NCBI GenBank assembly: GCA_963823665.1
Contig: CAWGMQ010000011.1
Span: 832,001-896,000, forward strand
Reading direction: 5' to 3'
DNA: 64,000 nucleotides
From: an uncultured Planctomycetota bacterium
Lineage (GTDB): Bacteria > Planctomycetota > Planctomycetia > Isosphaerales > Isosphaeraceae
Position 1 is the first letter of the stretch. Each line of letters begins with the position of its first letter. The notes under the pieces are model-generated. The model did not search any database, was not told the DNA's origin, and worked only from the letters and a program-made list of their open reading frames with translations. This document shows, piece by piece, positions 33,321 to 44,160 of the stretch. A program made the position numbers and the translations under genes.

Positions 33321-33983
33321 ATGAAGAATGCTGCCTGCCTGTTGATGGCCCCGTTCATTCTGCATCCGGCTTTTCTCTTGCCGGAAATTCCCAGCGAAGC
33401 GCAGCCCGAGGTTGCAAAGAAACAGGAGTATCGAAAGGGGATCGAAGAGACCACTTCGACGCAAATCATCAATGTTACATCGTGTAAGATGGAGGAGGCA
33501 GCCGGCGGAATGGTCATCCGCGGCAGGATATTTCGTACTGCCGATCCTGTGGTGCTCGAGAAGGAGCGACGAGCGGCAGAGCAGGACTTCAAGGCTGCTC
33601 TTGCCGACTTGCGCACTCAATCCGCGAAATGGGGGTTGACCCGCTCGGAGCGGGACTCAATCGCAAGGCAAATCCGTTACGTAAAGCTCAAGCTCGAGAG
33701 CCAGGAACGAGAGGTCCCTCACGACGTGGATTGGATTTGGCTCACTGTTGTCCCGGATTCGGGTCAGGCACGCTATCGCCAGTGGTCTGCGCCGTGCCCG
33801 ATTACAGGGGAGGTCTTCGACGCGATAAAGGACGGCATTGAGTTCCGCGAATACCACTTGACGATCCCAAAGAGTAACTTTCCTGGCAGAGTCACGGCGA
33901 TCATCAACCCGATTGATGCCGTTAACGATAAAGGTCAAGCCATTCACTACGGCAGCCTCACGATCGACGTTGTTGTCGAGTGA
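33321..33983 (+). CDS. Hypothetical protein, possibly exported
   Basis: 220-aa ORF with a ggag RBS, natural composition and lower GC than its neighbours. No family recognised. Confidence 0.6.
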   Translation: MKNAACLLMAPFILHPAFLLPEIPSEAQPEVAKKQEYRKGIEETTSTQIINVTSCKMEEAAGGMVIRGRIFRTADPVVLEKERRAAEQDFKAALADLRTQSAKWGLTRSERDSIARQIRYVKLKLESQEREVPHDVDWIWLTVVPDSGQARYRQWSAPCPITGEVFDAIKDGIEFREYHLTIPKSNFPGRVTAIINPIDAVNDKGQAIHYGSLTIDVVVE

Positions 33984-34116
33984 GGTGACTGACGAATCAT
34001 CGACCGGCGCCCATCGCTTCGCTATGATCAATGCACGAAAATCAGGACGGTTGCTAAAGTGACGTGTGTGCCAAGGTTGATGACCAGCACAACCACCATG
34101 AGGGAGATTTTGATCG

Positions 34117-34983
34117 ATGAGCAACGCAAAATCGAGCGCGCTACTTGAGAATGACGTGACGCGACGCGGATTTGTGATGACTTCGCTCGCAGCCGGATTC
34201 GCCGTGGCCACGCAGCCGGTCTCGGCGCAAACCATCACGACGGATACCCAGGGGCTCACGGCCGGCGAGGTGAAGATACCGGTGACCGACGGCGAAATCC
34301 CCGCCTATCGGGCACTGCCGGCATCGGGAGGACCGTTCCCGGTCGTGCTCGTGGTGCAAGAGATCTTCGGCGTTCACGAACACATCAAGGACATCTGCCG
34401 GCGGCTGGCGAAGCTCGGATACTTCGCGGTGGCACCGGAGATGTACGCTCGCCAGGGGGATGTTTCCAAGCTGAAGGCGTTTCCTGACATCCTCAAGATT
34501 GTGAACAAGGTGCCCGACGCACAGGTGATGTCTGACCTGGACGCCGCCGTCGCCTGGGCCAAGGCGGGCGGCAAGGCCGACACCGCCAAGCTCGCAATCA
34601 CCGGATTCTGCTGGGGAGGCCGAATCGTTTGGCTTTATTCCGCACACAACCCGGGCCTCAAAGCGGGCGTGGCCTGGTACGGCCGATTGGTCGAGAAAGG
34701 TGACGAGCTGCGCCCCAAGTATCCCATCGATCTTGTCGATTCGCTCAAGGCGCCCGTGCTTGGGCTCTACGGTGAAGCCGACGGAAGCATCCCGGTTGCT
34801 TCTGTCGAGAAGATGCGCACGGCCCTCAAAGAGGCCGGCAAGCCATCCGAAATCGTGCTCTACCCTGACACACCCCACGCGTTTTTCGCCGATTACAGAG
34901 AAAATTACCGCAAGACTCAGGCTGAGGACGGCTGGAAGCGAATGCTCGCGTGGTTCAAGAAGTACGAAGTCGCCGGATCGTGA
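34117..34983 (+). CDS. Dienelactone hydrolase family protein with Tat signal
   Basis: TRRGFV twin-arginine motif, QEIFGV, GFCWGG nucleophile, D and H (PHAF) triad residues. Confidence 0.93.
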   Translation: MSNAKSSALLENDVTRRGFVMTSLAAGFAVATQPVSAQTITTDTQGLTAGEVKIPVTDGEIPAYRALPASGGPFPVVLVVQEIFGVHEHIKDICRRLAKLGYFAVAPEMYARQGDVSKLKAFPDILKIVNKVPDAQVMSDLDAAVAWAKAGGKADTAKLAITGFCWGGRIVWLYSAHNPGLKAGVAWYGRLVEKGDELRPKYPIDLVDSLKAPVLGLYGEADGSIPVASVEKMRTALKEAGKPSEIVLYPDTPHAFFADYRENYRKTQAEDGWKRMLAWFKKYEVAGS

Positions 34984-35034
34984 CCTGATCCGGGCGGGAA
35001 CGCATCGCGCCAGGGAGTCAATCCGTCGCCGGCC

Positions 35035-36695
35035 ATGAAGCGTTTGATGCTGTTTGACTGGATGCGTCGCCACAAGATCGCGACGCTCGTGCCGGCGATG
35101 CTCGCGGCCTTCGTGGTCGCGGCCTGGCTGGTTCGCGGCGATGCCGGCTCACCGGCCGTGCTCGCGACCGCGGTCGCGAGCCTCCGCTCAGCGGAGACTT
35201 GCCTCGAGCGCTCGCAACTGGCCGAAGCGGAGCGCGAGTGCGGGCGCGCGATCGAGATCCTCGATTCGCTCGCGATGCGTTCTGGCGATCCCCGGATTCG
35301 CTTCGAGCAAGCCGCTGCGCTCGAGACGATGGCTCTGATTCAATCGGCCACCGACCGCCGCGACCAGGCTGACATGTTTTTCCGGAAGGCAATTCCTATA
35401 TGGGCGCGGTTGCTCGGCGACAACCAGGCTGATTCGACAGTTCGCTGGTACCTGGCGAGATGTCTGGCGCGCCATGGCTCGCTCTTGAGCGATGCGGGCC
35501 GCTGGGAGGAAGCCGACAAGACCCTCTGGCGTGGCGATGCCGCTTGCGAAACTCGCATTCGCAACGTTCCTTCTGACGAACGAATCGATCGCGAGCGGGT
35601 GTTGATCAAGAATCAGCTCGGACTGTTGTTCCTCCGCACGGACCGCGGGGCTCTCGCGCTTGAGCAGTTCGAGAGTGCCGCCTCGTACCAGCAAGAGTTG
35701 ATCGGAGCATCTTCGCCCGCCGCAGACGACCTGGAGCTCTTGATTTCACTGCGCCGTAACCAGGCCCGGACATACTCTGCGACCGACCAGCCGGCCGCCG
35801 CGCAGCGCACGCTTGGCGAGGCTCGCGCACTCGCCGAGCGTCTGACCGCCCTTTATCCCTCGACCGCCCGTTATCAGGACCTTTTGGCAACGCTCATCGA
35901 ACACCAGGCCGAGGTGACTGGTGGGGATACGGGCAGTAGGGCGCAGTGCCGCGAGCTGATCGCCCGCGCCGTTGCCATCCGCGAAGCGCTCGCGGCCCGC
36001 TCGCCCGATGAGCCCCTCTACGTTGAAAAACTCGCGACGAGCTACGGCAAATTGGCGGAAGAGTGCCTGCGTGCCAGTGCGTTCGCCGAGGCCGAGGAGT
36101 ACGCGCGGAAAGAGGTCTCGTGCCAGTCGAAGCTGCTGAACGAACATCCCGGCGTCCTTGCATACCGGTTTGGCCGCGGCCGGGCGCTGCATAATCTCGC
36201 CGATCTGTTGCGCGGGCGTGGGCGAGGCGCGGAAGCCCTGTCGCTTGCGCCAGGCCGCCCCCCTGCTCGCCGCCGTCCATCGCGACAACCTGCTCGACGC
36301 ACTCCATCGACAGGCGGCCAGCAACGCGTACTGGAGCCTCTGCACGCTCGAGCTCGACCAGATGGACCATCGAGCCGCGGCCGAGGCCGTCTCTGCTCTT
36401 CAGGCGATCGAGCCGCGCGGATTCGAAGAAGCACGCGAATCGGCCGGATTTTTGTGCCGATGCGTCGCGCTGTGCCGTGACGATCACGGCTCGCCCCCGG
36501 CTGAACTCGAGAAACTCGCGCGATCGTATGCCGATCGAGCGATCGCTGCGCTACAGACAGCCGTCCGATCCGGATTTCGGGATCGGAGTGAACTTACGAA
36601 TTCGCGCGTTTACGACCCGCTGCGAAATCGCCCGGACTTCGCGCGCGTTCTGCGGGAAGTCGCTGCGATCGACCAAGGCGCTCAAGGAAGGTTGA
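35035..36695 (+). CDS. Membrane-anchored TPR-like protein resembling a kinase C-terminal domain; frameshifts near 36250 and 36675
   Basis: N-terminal TM segment, helical repeats, and an end ADRAIAALQTAVRSGF...DPLRNRPDF typical of planctomycete kinase tails. Confidence 0.7.
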
Positions 36696-36730
36696 ACCGT
36701 CTTCCATCTTCCGATCGACCGAGTGAACTG

Positions 36731-38620
36731 ATGGGCCACATCCTTCTGTCACTGATATTGTTCCAGAGCATGGTCGCCCGCCTGGCCGAAGAGGACACGG
36801 CGGTCGATCGCATCGAGCCGCCTTCCTGGTGGACGTCGAAGCAGCCGCAACGAATCAGTCTATTGATCGAAGGCCGCGGTCTGAATGGAGCGGCGGTCGC
36901 GATGGAAGGCGGGTCGTTATCGGTGCGAGAAGTGCAACATGATCCAGGCGGCAGGGCCTTGTTGGCCGAGCTTACGATTCCTGCCGGCTCGGGCGCCGCT
37001 GACCTTCAGGTCTTGGTGAACTCGAAAGGGCGAGCATTCCGGGTCCCGTGGGCCCTCCATACCCAGCCCGCCCGCAAACCTGACCCTTTCGGGCTCGATG
37101 ACGTCATCTACCTGATCATGCCAGATCGGTTTGCCGACGGCGACTTGTCGAACAACGAAGTCGACGGCGGTGACCGGATGCTCGACCGCAAATCGGCCGA
37201 CGCCTACCACGGCGGCGACTTCGAGGGTATCAGGCAACGGCTGCCATACCTGAAGGATCTCGGCGTCACAGCCATCTGGCTCACACCGATCTACGGGCCC
37301 GACTCGCACTGGCTGGTCTTTCCGTCCGGAGGGCCCGCGCAGCCGAATGGCCAGCCAGCGATGCGCCGGATGGCCGAGTATCACGGCTACGCCCCTGTTG
37401 ACTTTTACAGCACGAATCGCCGGTTTGGCACGCTTGAGGAATATCAGAAGCTCGTCGCGGAGATCCACCGGCTGGGCATGAAGATCGTTCAGGACCAGAT
37501 CCTCGGCTACACGGGCCCGCGGCACCACTGGCTGAAGTCACCGCCATTCGATCGCTGGTTCCACGGCTCGCTCGCCCATCCGCCTTCGTGCACCTTTCGA
37601 TATGACGTACTGGTCAATCCCCACGCCGGCGAGGCAGAGCGCCGCGGGGTCACCGACGGGTGGTTCTTCGGCATCCTTCCTGATCTGAATACGCAGGATC
37701 CACGCGTCCGACGATATGCGATGCAGCAGAGCATCTGGTGGGCGGTTCGATGCGAGGCCGACGTGCTCCGGCTCGACACGTATCCGCTGGTCGAGCGCAC
37801 GTTCTGGCGAGACTGGAGCCGCGAGCGCGAAGCGGCCAGGCCAGGGCTCTCCGTCGTCGGCGAGGCGTGGGTGACGGATCCGGCCCAGCTTTCCTTCTTC
37901 CAGGGCGGCCGTACCGGGTGGGATGGCATCGACCCCGGTGTCGGCTGGGTGTTCGATTTTCCGTTGAATCTAGCGATCGTACAGGTCTTCGGCGGCAGGC
38001 TGCCTGTTTCCCGGCTGGCCCAGGTCCTGGCGCGTGACAGCCTTTACGATCGGCCCGATCGCCTGGTTACATTCCTGGACAACCACGACACGTTGCGCCT
38101 CGCGGGCTTACCGGGCGTGACGCCCGCACGTTACCGGGTGGCGATCACGTTTCTCCTCACGTCGCGTGGCGTTCCGCAGATGTCGTGGGGCGACGAGCTC
38201 GGCATCCCCGGCCACATGGACGACCGTCGGGATTTCCCAGGCGGCTTCCCCGGCGACGAGCGAAACGCCTTCGAGCCCTCGGGCCGCACCGCGGTCGAGC
38301 AAAGCACGTTCGAGACGTGGGTAACGCTCCTGCGGTTGCGCCGATCAAGCCCCGCCCTGCGCCGCGGTAAGCTGGTGGACTTGAGCGTCACAGATACAAC
38401 GTATGCTTATCTCCGCGAGCTGGGCGACGAGCGCATGGTCGTCGTCCTGAACCTGGCGGGCGGGCCCGCCACCGTGCGGATTCCGGCCGAGAGAATCAAG
38501 GGGGCCTCGGGGGTGGAAGCGGTGTATGGGTCCGGATCTGCGCGACTGGACGATCGGGGACTGGTCGTCGAGCTTCCTGGAGAATCGGCGACGGTGTTGC
38601 GGGCGCTTTCGGGGCGTTGA
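36731..38620 (+). CDS. GH13 alpha-amylase/cyclomaltodextrinase-like enzyme
   Basis: RIEPPSWW N-domain, DVIYLIMPDRFADGD, HGGD, YHGY, catalytic RLDT / GEAW / NHD. Confidence 0.92.
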   Translation: MGHILLSLILFQSMVARLAEEDTAVDRIEPPSWWTSKQPQRISLLIEGRGLNGAAVAMEGGSLSVREVQHDPGGRALLAELTIPAGSGAADLQVLVNSKGRAFRVPWALHTQPARKPDPFGLDDVIYLIMPDRFADGDLSNNEVDGGDRMLDRKSADAYHGGDFEGIRQRLPYLKDLGVTAIWLTPIYGPDSHWLVFPSGGPAQPNGQPAMRRMAEYHGYAPVDFYSTNRRFGTLEEYQKLVAEIHRLGMKIVQDQILGYTGPRHHWLKSPPFDRWFHGSLAHPPSCTFRYDVLVNPHAGEAERRGVTDGWFFGILPDLNTQDPRVRRYAMQQSIWWAVRCEADVLRLDTYPLVERTFWRDWSREREAARPGLSVVGEAWVTDPAQLSFFQGGRTGWDGIDPGVGWVFDFPLNLAIVQVFGGRLPVSRLAQVLARDSLYDRPDRLVTFLDNHDTLRLAGLPGVTPARYRVAITFLLTSRGVPQMSWGDELGIPGHMDDRRDFPGGFPGDERNAFEPSGRTAVEQSTFETWVTLLRLRRSSPALRRGKLVDLSVTDTTYAYLRELGDERMVVVLNLAGGPATVRIPAERIKGASGVEAVYGSGSARLDDRGLVVELPGESATVLRALSGR

Positions 38621-38809
38621 TCGTTGCCTGGAGCGTTTGTTCCCTCCATGCGCGCGGAATTCCCGGCCAGGGGGTGGCGGCGCATTGCCCGTTTCGGTCA
38701 ATATAGTGACAAGGACGTCACGCTCTCTTCTAAACGTCCGTTCATCAAGCCCTGCCTGCGTTGTCGTTGAATTCCCACTTGCCACTCATGTGGCCCGCCG
38801 CCCGGACCG

Positions 38810-41470
38810 ATGGATCAGCCAATGGTCCCCACGATCAGCAATGAGCTGAGTGTTTCGCGGAACAGGTCCACCTGCCGGGAGACCTGTACGCTCCCCTCGT
38901 ACTGGGTTGCGGGCATCGCTGCCTTCATGCTCATTTGGTGTACGCTGGGCTCTCGAGGTTCGGCCGCCGATTACCCGGTGCTGGCCCGTTATTCGGAAAA
39001 CATCCAGCCGCTTCTCGAGCAATACTGCTATGGCTGCCACGGCCTCGGTGCGAAGAAGGGGGGGTGGCGCTCGACGGGTTCGCGGATGCGAAGGCCGCTC
39101 TGAATGCCCCACAGTTGTGGCACGCCGTGCTCAAGAATGTCCGGTCCGGGATCATGCCACCGGCCGATAAACCGCAGCCATCGGCTGACGAGCGCCGGTT
39201 GCTCGAGGATTGGATCAAGCGGGGGCGCTCGGGATCGACCCTAACGACCCTGATCCAGGCCGGGTCACGGTCCGCCGGCTCAACCGGGTCGAGTATCGGA
39301 ACACGATCCGCGACCTGCTCGGCGTGGACTACGACACGACCAACGAGTTCCCACCGGATGACACCGGCAATGGGTTCGACAATAACGGCGACGTGCTGAC
39401 GGTTTCGCCGTTGCTGCTCGAAAAGTACTTGAGCGCGGCCAACACGATCATCAGCCGGGCCGTGCCCGTGGTCTCGAGAGTTGTGGCGGAGCGGGTGATC
39501 CCGGGCTCGAGTTTCCAGAAAGCCGGGGGCTCGAAAGACGACTCCGGGGGGATTTCGCTGTCCTATTACGAGCCTTCGAAAGCCACGTCGACCGTCACGA
39601 TCGAGCATGAGGGTCGATACAGACTGCTACTTGACTTGAAGGCGACCGAGAAATACGTCGACGGTCAAAACGATCAGAACCGGTGCCGCGTTCTGTTCCT
39701 CGCCGATGGTGAGGAGCTCTTCGCCGCGATTTCTTGCGACAGGACAACAAGCCGTTCCGCTTCGAATTTGATCGCGAGTGGAAGGCCGCGCCGCACACGC
39801 TCGCGGTGGAGGTCCAGCCGCTGGCGCCCGGTGAGAATCGGGTTCGATCGCTGGCGGTCCGCATCGAGTCGGTGACCCTCCGCGGGCCGAAGGACGAGCG
39901 GTACTGGGTTCGTCCGGCTGATTACGCCCGTTTCTTCCCGCGAGAGGTTCCCCACGACCCCGTGGCGCGCAGACTCTACGCTCGCGAGATCCTTGCCCGG
40001 TTTGCCGAGCGGGCGTTTCGGCGCCCCGTCGATGATGCCACGAAAGACCGTCTGGCGGCCCTGGCCGAAGCGGTCTCGGCTCGTGATGGGCAAACGTTCG
40101 AGGGGGGTGTGGCGCAGGCGATGGCGGCGGTGCTGACTTCGCCCCGGTTCCTCTTCCGTGAGGAGGATGCCGAGCCGGGAAGCTCGGCCCGGTATCCGTT
40201 CGTCGACGAATACGCCCTGGCATCGCGGCTCTCCTACTTCTTGTGGTCGTCGATGCCCGACGCCGAGCTGATGCGGCTGGCCGCAGAGCACAAGCTGCGC
40301 GCGAACCTTCGGGCGCAGGTCGACCGGATGCTCGCCGACTCGCGCTCGGCGGAATTCATCCGCAACTTTGTGGGCCAGTGGCTCCAGGCCCGCGACATCG
40401 AGTCGGTGATCATCAATACCTTCGCGGTGATCTCTCGCGATCAGGTGCCGGACCCCGAGGCGGAGAAGCGTCGCGCCCGGTTCCGCGAGCTGACCCGCAA
40501 GCCGCCCGAAAAGCTGAGCGAGGCCGAGAAGAAGGAGCTGCAGCAGGCCCGCACTGCATTCTTCGGCTCGTTCCGCCGTTTCCGGGAATTCGAGCTGACC
40601 GGCGATTTGCGCAGGGCCATGCGGCGGGAAACCGAGATGTATTTCGAGCACGTCGTCCGGCAGGATCGGCCGCTCCTTGAGCTGCTCGACAGCGATTACG
40701 CGTTCCTGAACGCGCGGCTCGCGAAGCACTACGGTATCGAAGGCGTTCAGGGCGATGCGATCGGGCTCGTGAAACTGCCCGCCGGCAGTGCTCGCGGCGG
40801 TATCTTGACGCAGGGCACCGTCCTCGCCGTCACGTCGAACCCCGACCGGACCTCGCCCGTGAAACGCGGCCTCTACATCCTCGAGAACATCCTGGGCTCG
40901 CCGCCGGCACCCCCGCCGCCGAATATTCCCGCGCTCGAAGACTCCGGCAAAAAAATCGCCGGGCGAACGCCGACCGTGCGCGAGTCGATGGTTCTGCACC
41001 GCAGCGTGGCTTCGTGCGCAGCGTGTCACGCCCGGATGGACCCTCTCGGGCTGGCGCTCGAGAATTTCAATGCTCTCGGCCGATGGCGCGACAAGGAGCG
41101 GGCCGACCCGATCGACGCCTCCGGCAAGCTGATCTCGGGAGAACCGTTCGCGGAAATCAAGGAGCTGAAAAAGATCCTGGTCAACCGGCACCGCCGTGAA
41201 TTCTACCGTTGCCTCACCGAGAAGCTGCTGACCTACGCCCTCGGCCGCGGCCTCGAATCGTATGACGTTGGGTCCGTGGATTCAATCGTCGACAGGATTG
41301 AGGGCGTGGACGGCCACGCCAGGGCCCTGATCGCGGGGATCATTGAATCCACCCCATTCCAGAAGCGCCGGCGATCGGCCAAACTGGATAAGGATGCCAC
41401 GGAACTGCTGGGCCAGAGTGCGGGACTCTCGACCGAACCGCTCAACAAGGGAGCCGATCATGAACGCTGA
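38810..41470 (+). CDS. DUF1587/1592/1588/1585/1595 protein with CxxCH motifs; frameshifts near 39060, 39225 and 39725
   Basis: YCYGCH, RRLNRVEYRNTIRDL, LASRLSYFLWSSMPD, TSPVKRG, CAACH, LLTYALGR. Confidence 0.9.
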
Positions 41471-42854
41471 ACTCAACCCCGCTCAGTCACGGCGTCGCGA
41501 CGGGCAGAGCCGCCGTTATTTCCTCCGCGGCCTGGGCGCGTCGGTGGCACTGCCGGCATTCGCGTCGCTTGGAGGTGTGCCCCGGTTGCTCGCCTCGGAG
41601 GGGGCTGGCGCTCTCGCGACGACCGCCGGCGGAATGCCGTTGCGATCAGCGTTTGTCTATTTTCCCAACGGTGCGATCCCGGCATCCTGGTGGCCAGACG
41701 GCGAGGGCGCGGACTTCCAGTTCAGGAAGACACTTCAGCCGCTCGAGCCGCTCAAGGGCTTCGTCCAAGTGCTCGGCGGCCTTGACCACAAGACGGCGGA
41801 GGGTGGCCCCGACGGGGCCGGCGATCACGCGCGGGGCAACGGCACATTCCTGACCGGCGTCCGGCTCAAGAAGAGTGCTACGGACATCAGGGCAGGCGTC
41901 TCCATCGACCAGGTGATCGCGCAGCGGGTTGGCCATCTGACGCGGTTCCCCTCGCTCGAGCTGGCGTGCGATTCGGGCAGGAAATCCGGCGCCTGCGATT
42001 CGGGGTATTCCTGCGCTTATCAGTTCAATCTCTCCTGGAGGTCGCCCACGACGCCGATGCCTCCGGAAACGAACCCGCGACTGGCCTTCGAGCGTCTCTT
42101 CGGTGCCGGGAAGCCCGGCGAGCGCCGGGCAGCACTCGAGCGCCGGCGGCAGGAGCAGCGGTCCGTCCTCGACTTCGCGCTCGAAGACGCACGCTCGATG
42201 CAGCGGCGGCTCGGCTCCGAAGACGCAAAAAAGCTTGACCAGTATCTCGTCGGAGTCCGCGAGATCGAGGCCAGGATTGAAAAGGCCGAACGAATGGGTG
42301 ACGCTCGCGACCCGCAGATCGAGACGCCGCCGGGTGTCCCCCCCGACTTCGCAGATTACGTCCAGCTCATGTTCGACATGTTGATTCTGGCGTTCCAGAC
42401 CGATTCGACCCGGGTGGCGACCCTGATGCTCTCGCACGACGGCAGCAACCGCTCGTTCGACCAGATCGGGATTTCCGAGGGGCATCACGACCTGAGCCAT
42501 CACCAGAACCGGGCGGCGTGGATCCAGAAAGTCGCCGATATCGATCTGTGGTACGCTCGGCAGTTCGCCCGATTTCTGGAAAAGCTCCATTCCACGAAAG
42601 ACTCGGACGGCAAGTCCCTGCTACAGAATTCGATGATCGTCTACGGCAGCGGCAATGCCGACGCAAACCGACATACCCACGACAACCTACCGGTGATTCT
42701 TGCCGGCGGGGGCGGAGGGACCCTCCAGCCGGGGCGATACGTGAAGCACGGCTCCAAGCCGTTCACGAATCTCTATCTGAGCATGGCCGACCGGATGGGG
42801 CTGAGCGACATCGCGCGGTTCGGCGACTCCGACGGCCGTCTCGGTAATATTTAG
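41460..42854 (+). CDS. DUF1552 family protein
   Basis: SRRYFLRGLG...ALP, YFPNG, SIDQVIA, FPSLEL, GYSCAY, AFQTDSTRVAT, HHDLSHH. Coupled to the DUF1592 gene. Confidence 0.93.
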   Translation: MNAELNPAQSRRRDGQSRRYFLRGLGASVALPAFASLGGVPRLLASEGAGALATTAGGMPLRSAFVYFPNGAIPASWWPDGEGADFQFRKTLQPLEPLKGFVQVLGGLDHKTAEGGPDGAGDHARGNGTFLTGVRLKKSATDIRAGVSIDQVIAQRVGHLTRFPSLELACDSGRKSGACDSGYSCAYQFNLSWRSPTTPMPPETNPRLAFERLFGAGKPGERRAALERRRQEQRSVLDFALEDARSMQRRLGSEDAKKLDQYLVGVREIEARIEKAERMGDARDPQIETPPGVPPDFADYVQLMFDMLILAFQTDSTRVATLMLSHDGSNRSFDQIGISEGHHDLSHHQNRAAWIQKVADIDLWYARQFARFLEKLHSTKDSDGKSLLQNSMIVYGSGNADANRHTHDNLPVILAGGGGGTLQPGRYVKHGSKPFTNLYLSMADRMGLSDIARFGDSDGRLGNI

Positions 42855-43533
42855 CTCTTCACAAGTGACACTTCGTGCCCGATCGATTCATCCCGGAACG
42901 TACACGTCTTGAAAGGCGTCTGGGCTGCCATCCGCTGAAAACTCTCCTTCGAATGTGCGCGTTTCAAGAGCATGTGCTTGAACGTCAACTTGATGAACAG
43001 CGAATTCAACCAGCCCACCTGCATTTTGTCCACTTCGGCCGCGATCTCTAGCGAAGTCGCATCGCGCCGCAGGTCGAAAATGGCCGCTTTGCCGCCTGAT
43101 TTGAGCACGCGATACATCTCCTCGATCGCGCGCACCGGTTCGCTGAAGTTCTTGAAGGCGGCCCGGCACACAATCCGATCGAACGAGGCGTCTTCAAACG
43201 GCATGGCGGATGCGTTGCCCAGTCGGAAAGCGACCGCAACCCCCGCCTTCCGGGCGTTCTCGGTCGCGATCTCGACAAGCGTCTTGCTGATGTCCAGGCC
43301 AGTGACCTCGAATTTGCCGAGCCGGGCGAGCTCGATCGCCAGAAAACCCGGCCCGGGGGCGACCTCCAGGATTCTGGCGTTCTCCGGAAGGCCCACGGCG
43401 AGGGCCCGAGCCTCGTTCCTGAATTGCTCGATGCCCTTGCCGGTGGTGCTGGCGTACCAGCGCGCAGCGCCCCATTCATACCCAGTCCCTTGTAACCCTT
43501 CTTGTGCTCCCGCGCTGCAAAAGTGGCACTCAT
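42851..43533 (-). CDS. Class I SAM-dependent methyltransferase; frameshift near 43470
   Basis: ILEVAPGPG, GLDIS, GNASAMPFEDASFD, RVLKSGG. N-terminus KKGYKGLGM in the adjacent frame. Confidence 0.9.
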
Positions 43534-43583
43534 GGCTGACCTCCGTTACAATCACCCGGAACTCTATTGCCTCGCCCAAAAAG

Positions 43584-43602
43584 TATCTTAGTAACTAAGA
43601 TA
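43584..43602. promoter_or_regulatory. Probable MarR operator
   Basis: Perfect AT-rich 9-1-9 inverted repeat TATCTTAGT-A-ACTAAGATA between the divergent methyltransferase and marR-like genes. Confidence 0.75.
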
Positions 43603-43629
43603 ATAATCTTCTAAGCGGATTTACCAATC

Positions 43630-44160
43630 GTGTCAAGAGACATGCGCGACAAGGCCGCGCTCGTGGCGGCTTTGATCAATGAAACAATTGAGACCACCAC
43701 CGTGACGATCATGTTTCACCAGGCGATCGCCGATCGCCTGGGAATGAACATCACGGACCACAAGTGTGCCGGCATCTTGATGCGAAGCGGGCCGGTCTCC
43801 GCCGGAGAGCTGGCCAGGCGCACCGGGCTCACGACCGGCGCAATCACCGGCGTGATCGATCGCCTGGAACGCTCCGGTTTTGCGCGGCGGGCGCGGGATC
43901 CAAACGATCGCCGGAAGGTGATGATCGAGCCGAAACTCAAGCAGATCGAGCGGAAGATCATTCCGCTCTTTGATTCGATGGGCCGTTCGGCTGCGCAATT
44001 GTTCGAGCGCTATAGCGTGGAGGAACTCACGTTGATTCTCGACTTCGCCGTCCGCTCGCGCCAGATGGCAGAGGACGAAGTACGCAAGGTGCGCAAAACG
44101 GCGGTGCCGGCGAAGCCAGGCAACGGCCGGCACGCGCCGCGGGCATCGATCAAGTCATGA
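43630..44160 (+). CDS. MarR family transcriptional regulator
   Basis: AGELARRTGLTTGAITGVIDRLERSGFARRARDPNDRRKV winged-helix motif. Confidence 0.93.
   Translation: MSRDMRDKAALVAALINETIETTTVTIMFHQAIADRLGMNITDHKCAGILMRSGPVSAGELARRTGLTTGAITGVIDRLERSGFARRARDPNDRRKVMIEPKLKQIERKIIPLFDSMGRSAAQLFERYSVEELTLILDFAVRSRQMAEDEVRKVRKTAVPAKPGNGRHAPRASIKS

Noticed and set aside
36158..38620. Apparent TPR-amylase fusion (820-aa ORF)
   Set aside because: A one-base shift near 36675 gives a natural stop at 36695, and the amylase has its own ATG with a hydrophobic leader at 36731. The fusion is likely an indel artefact.
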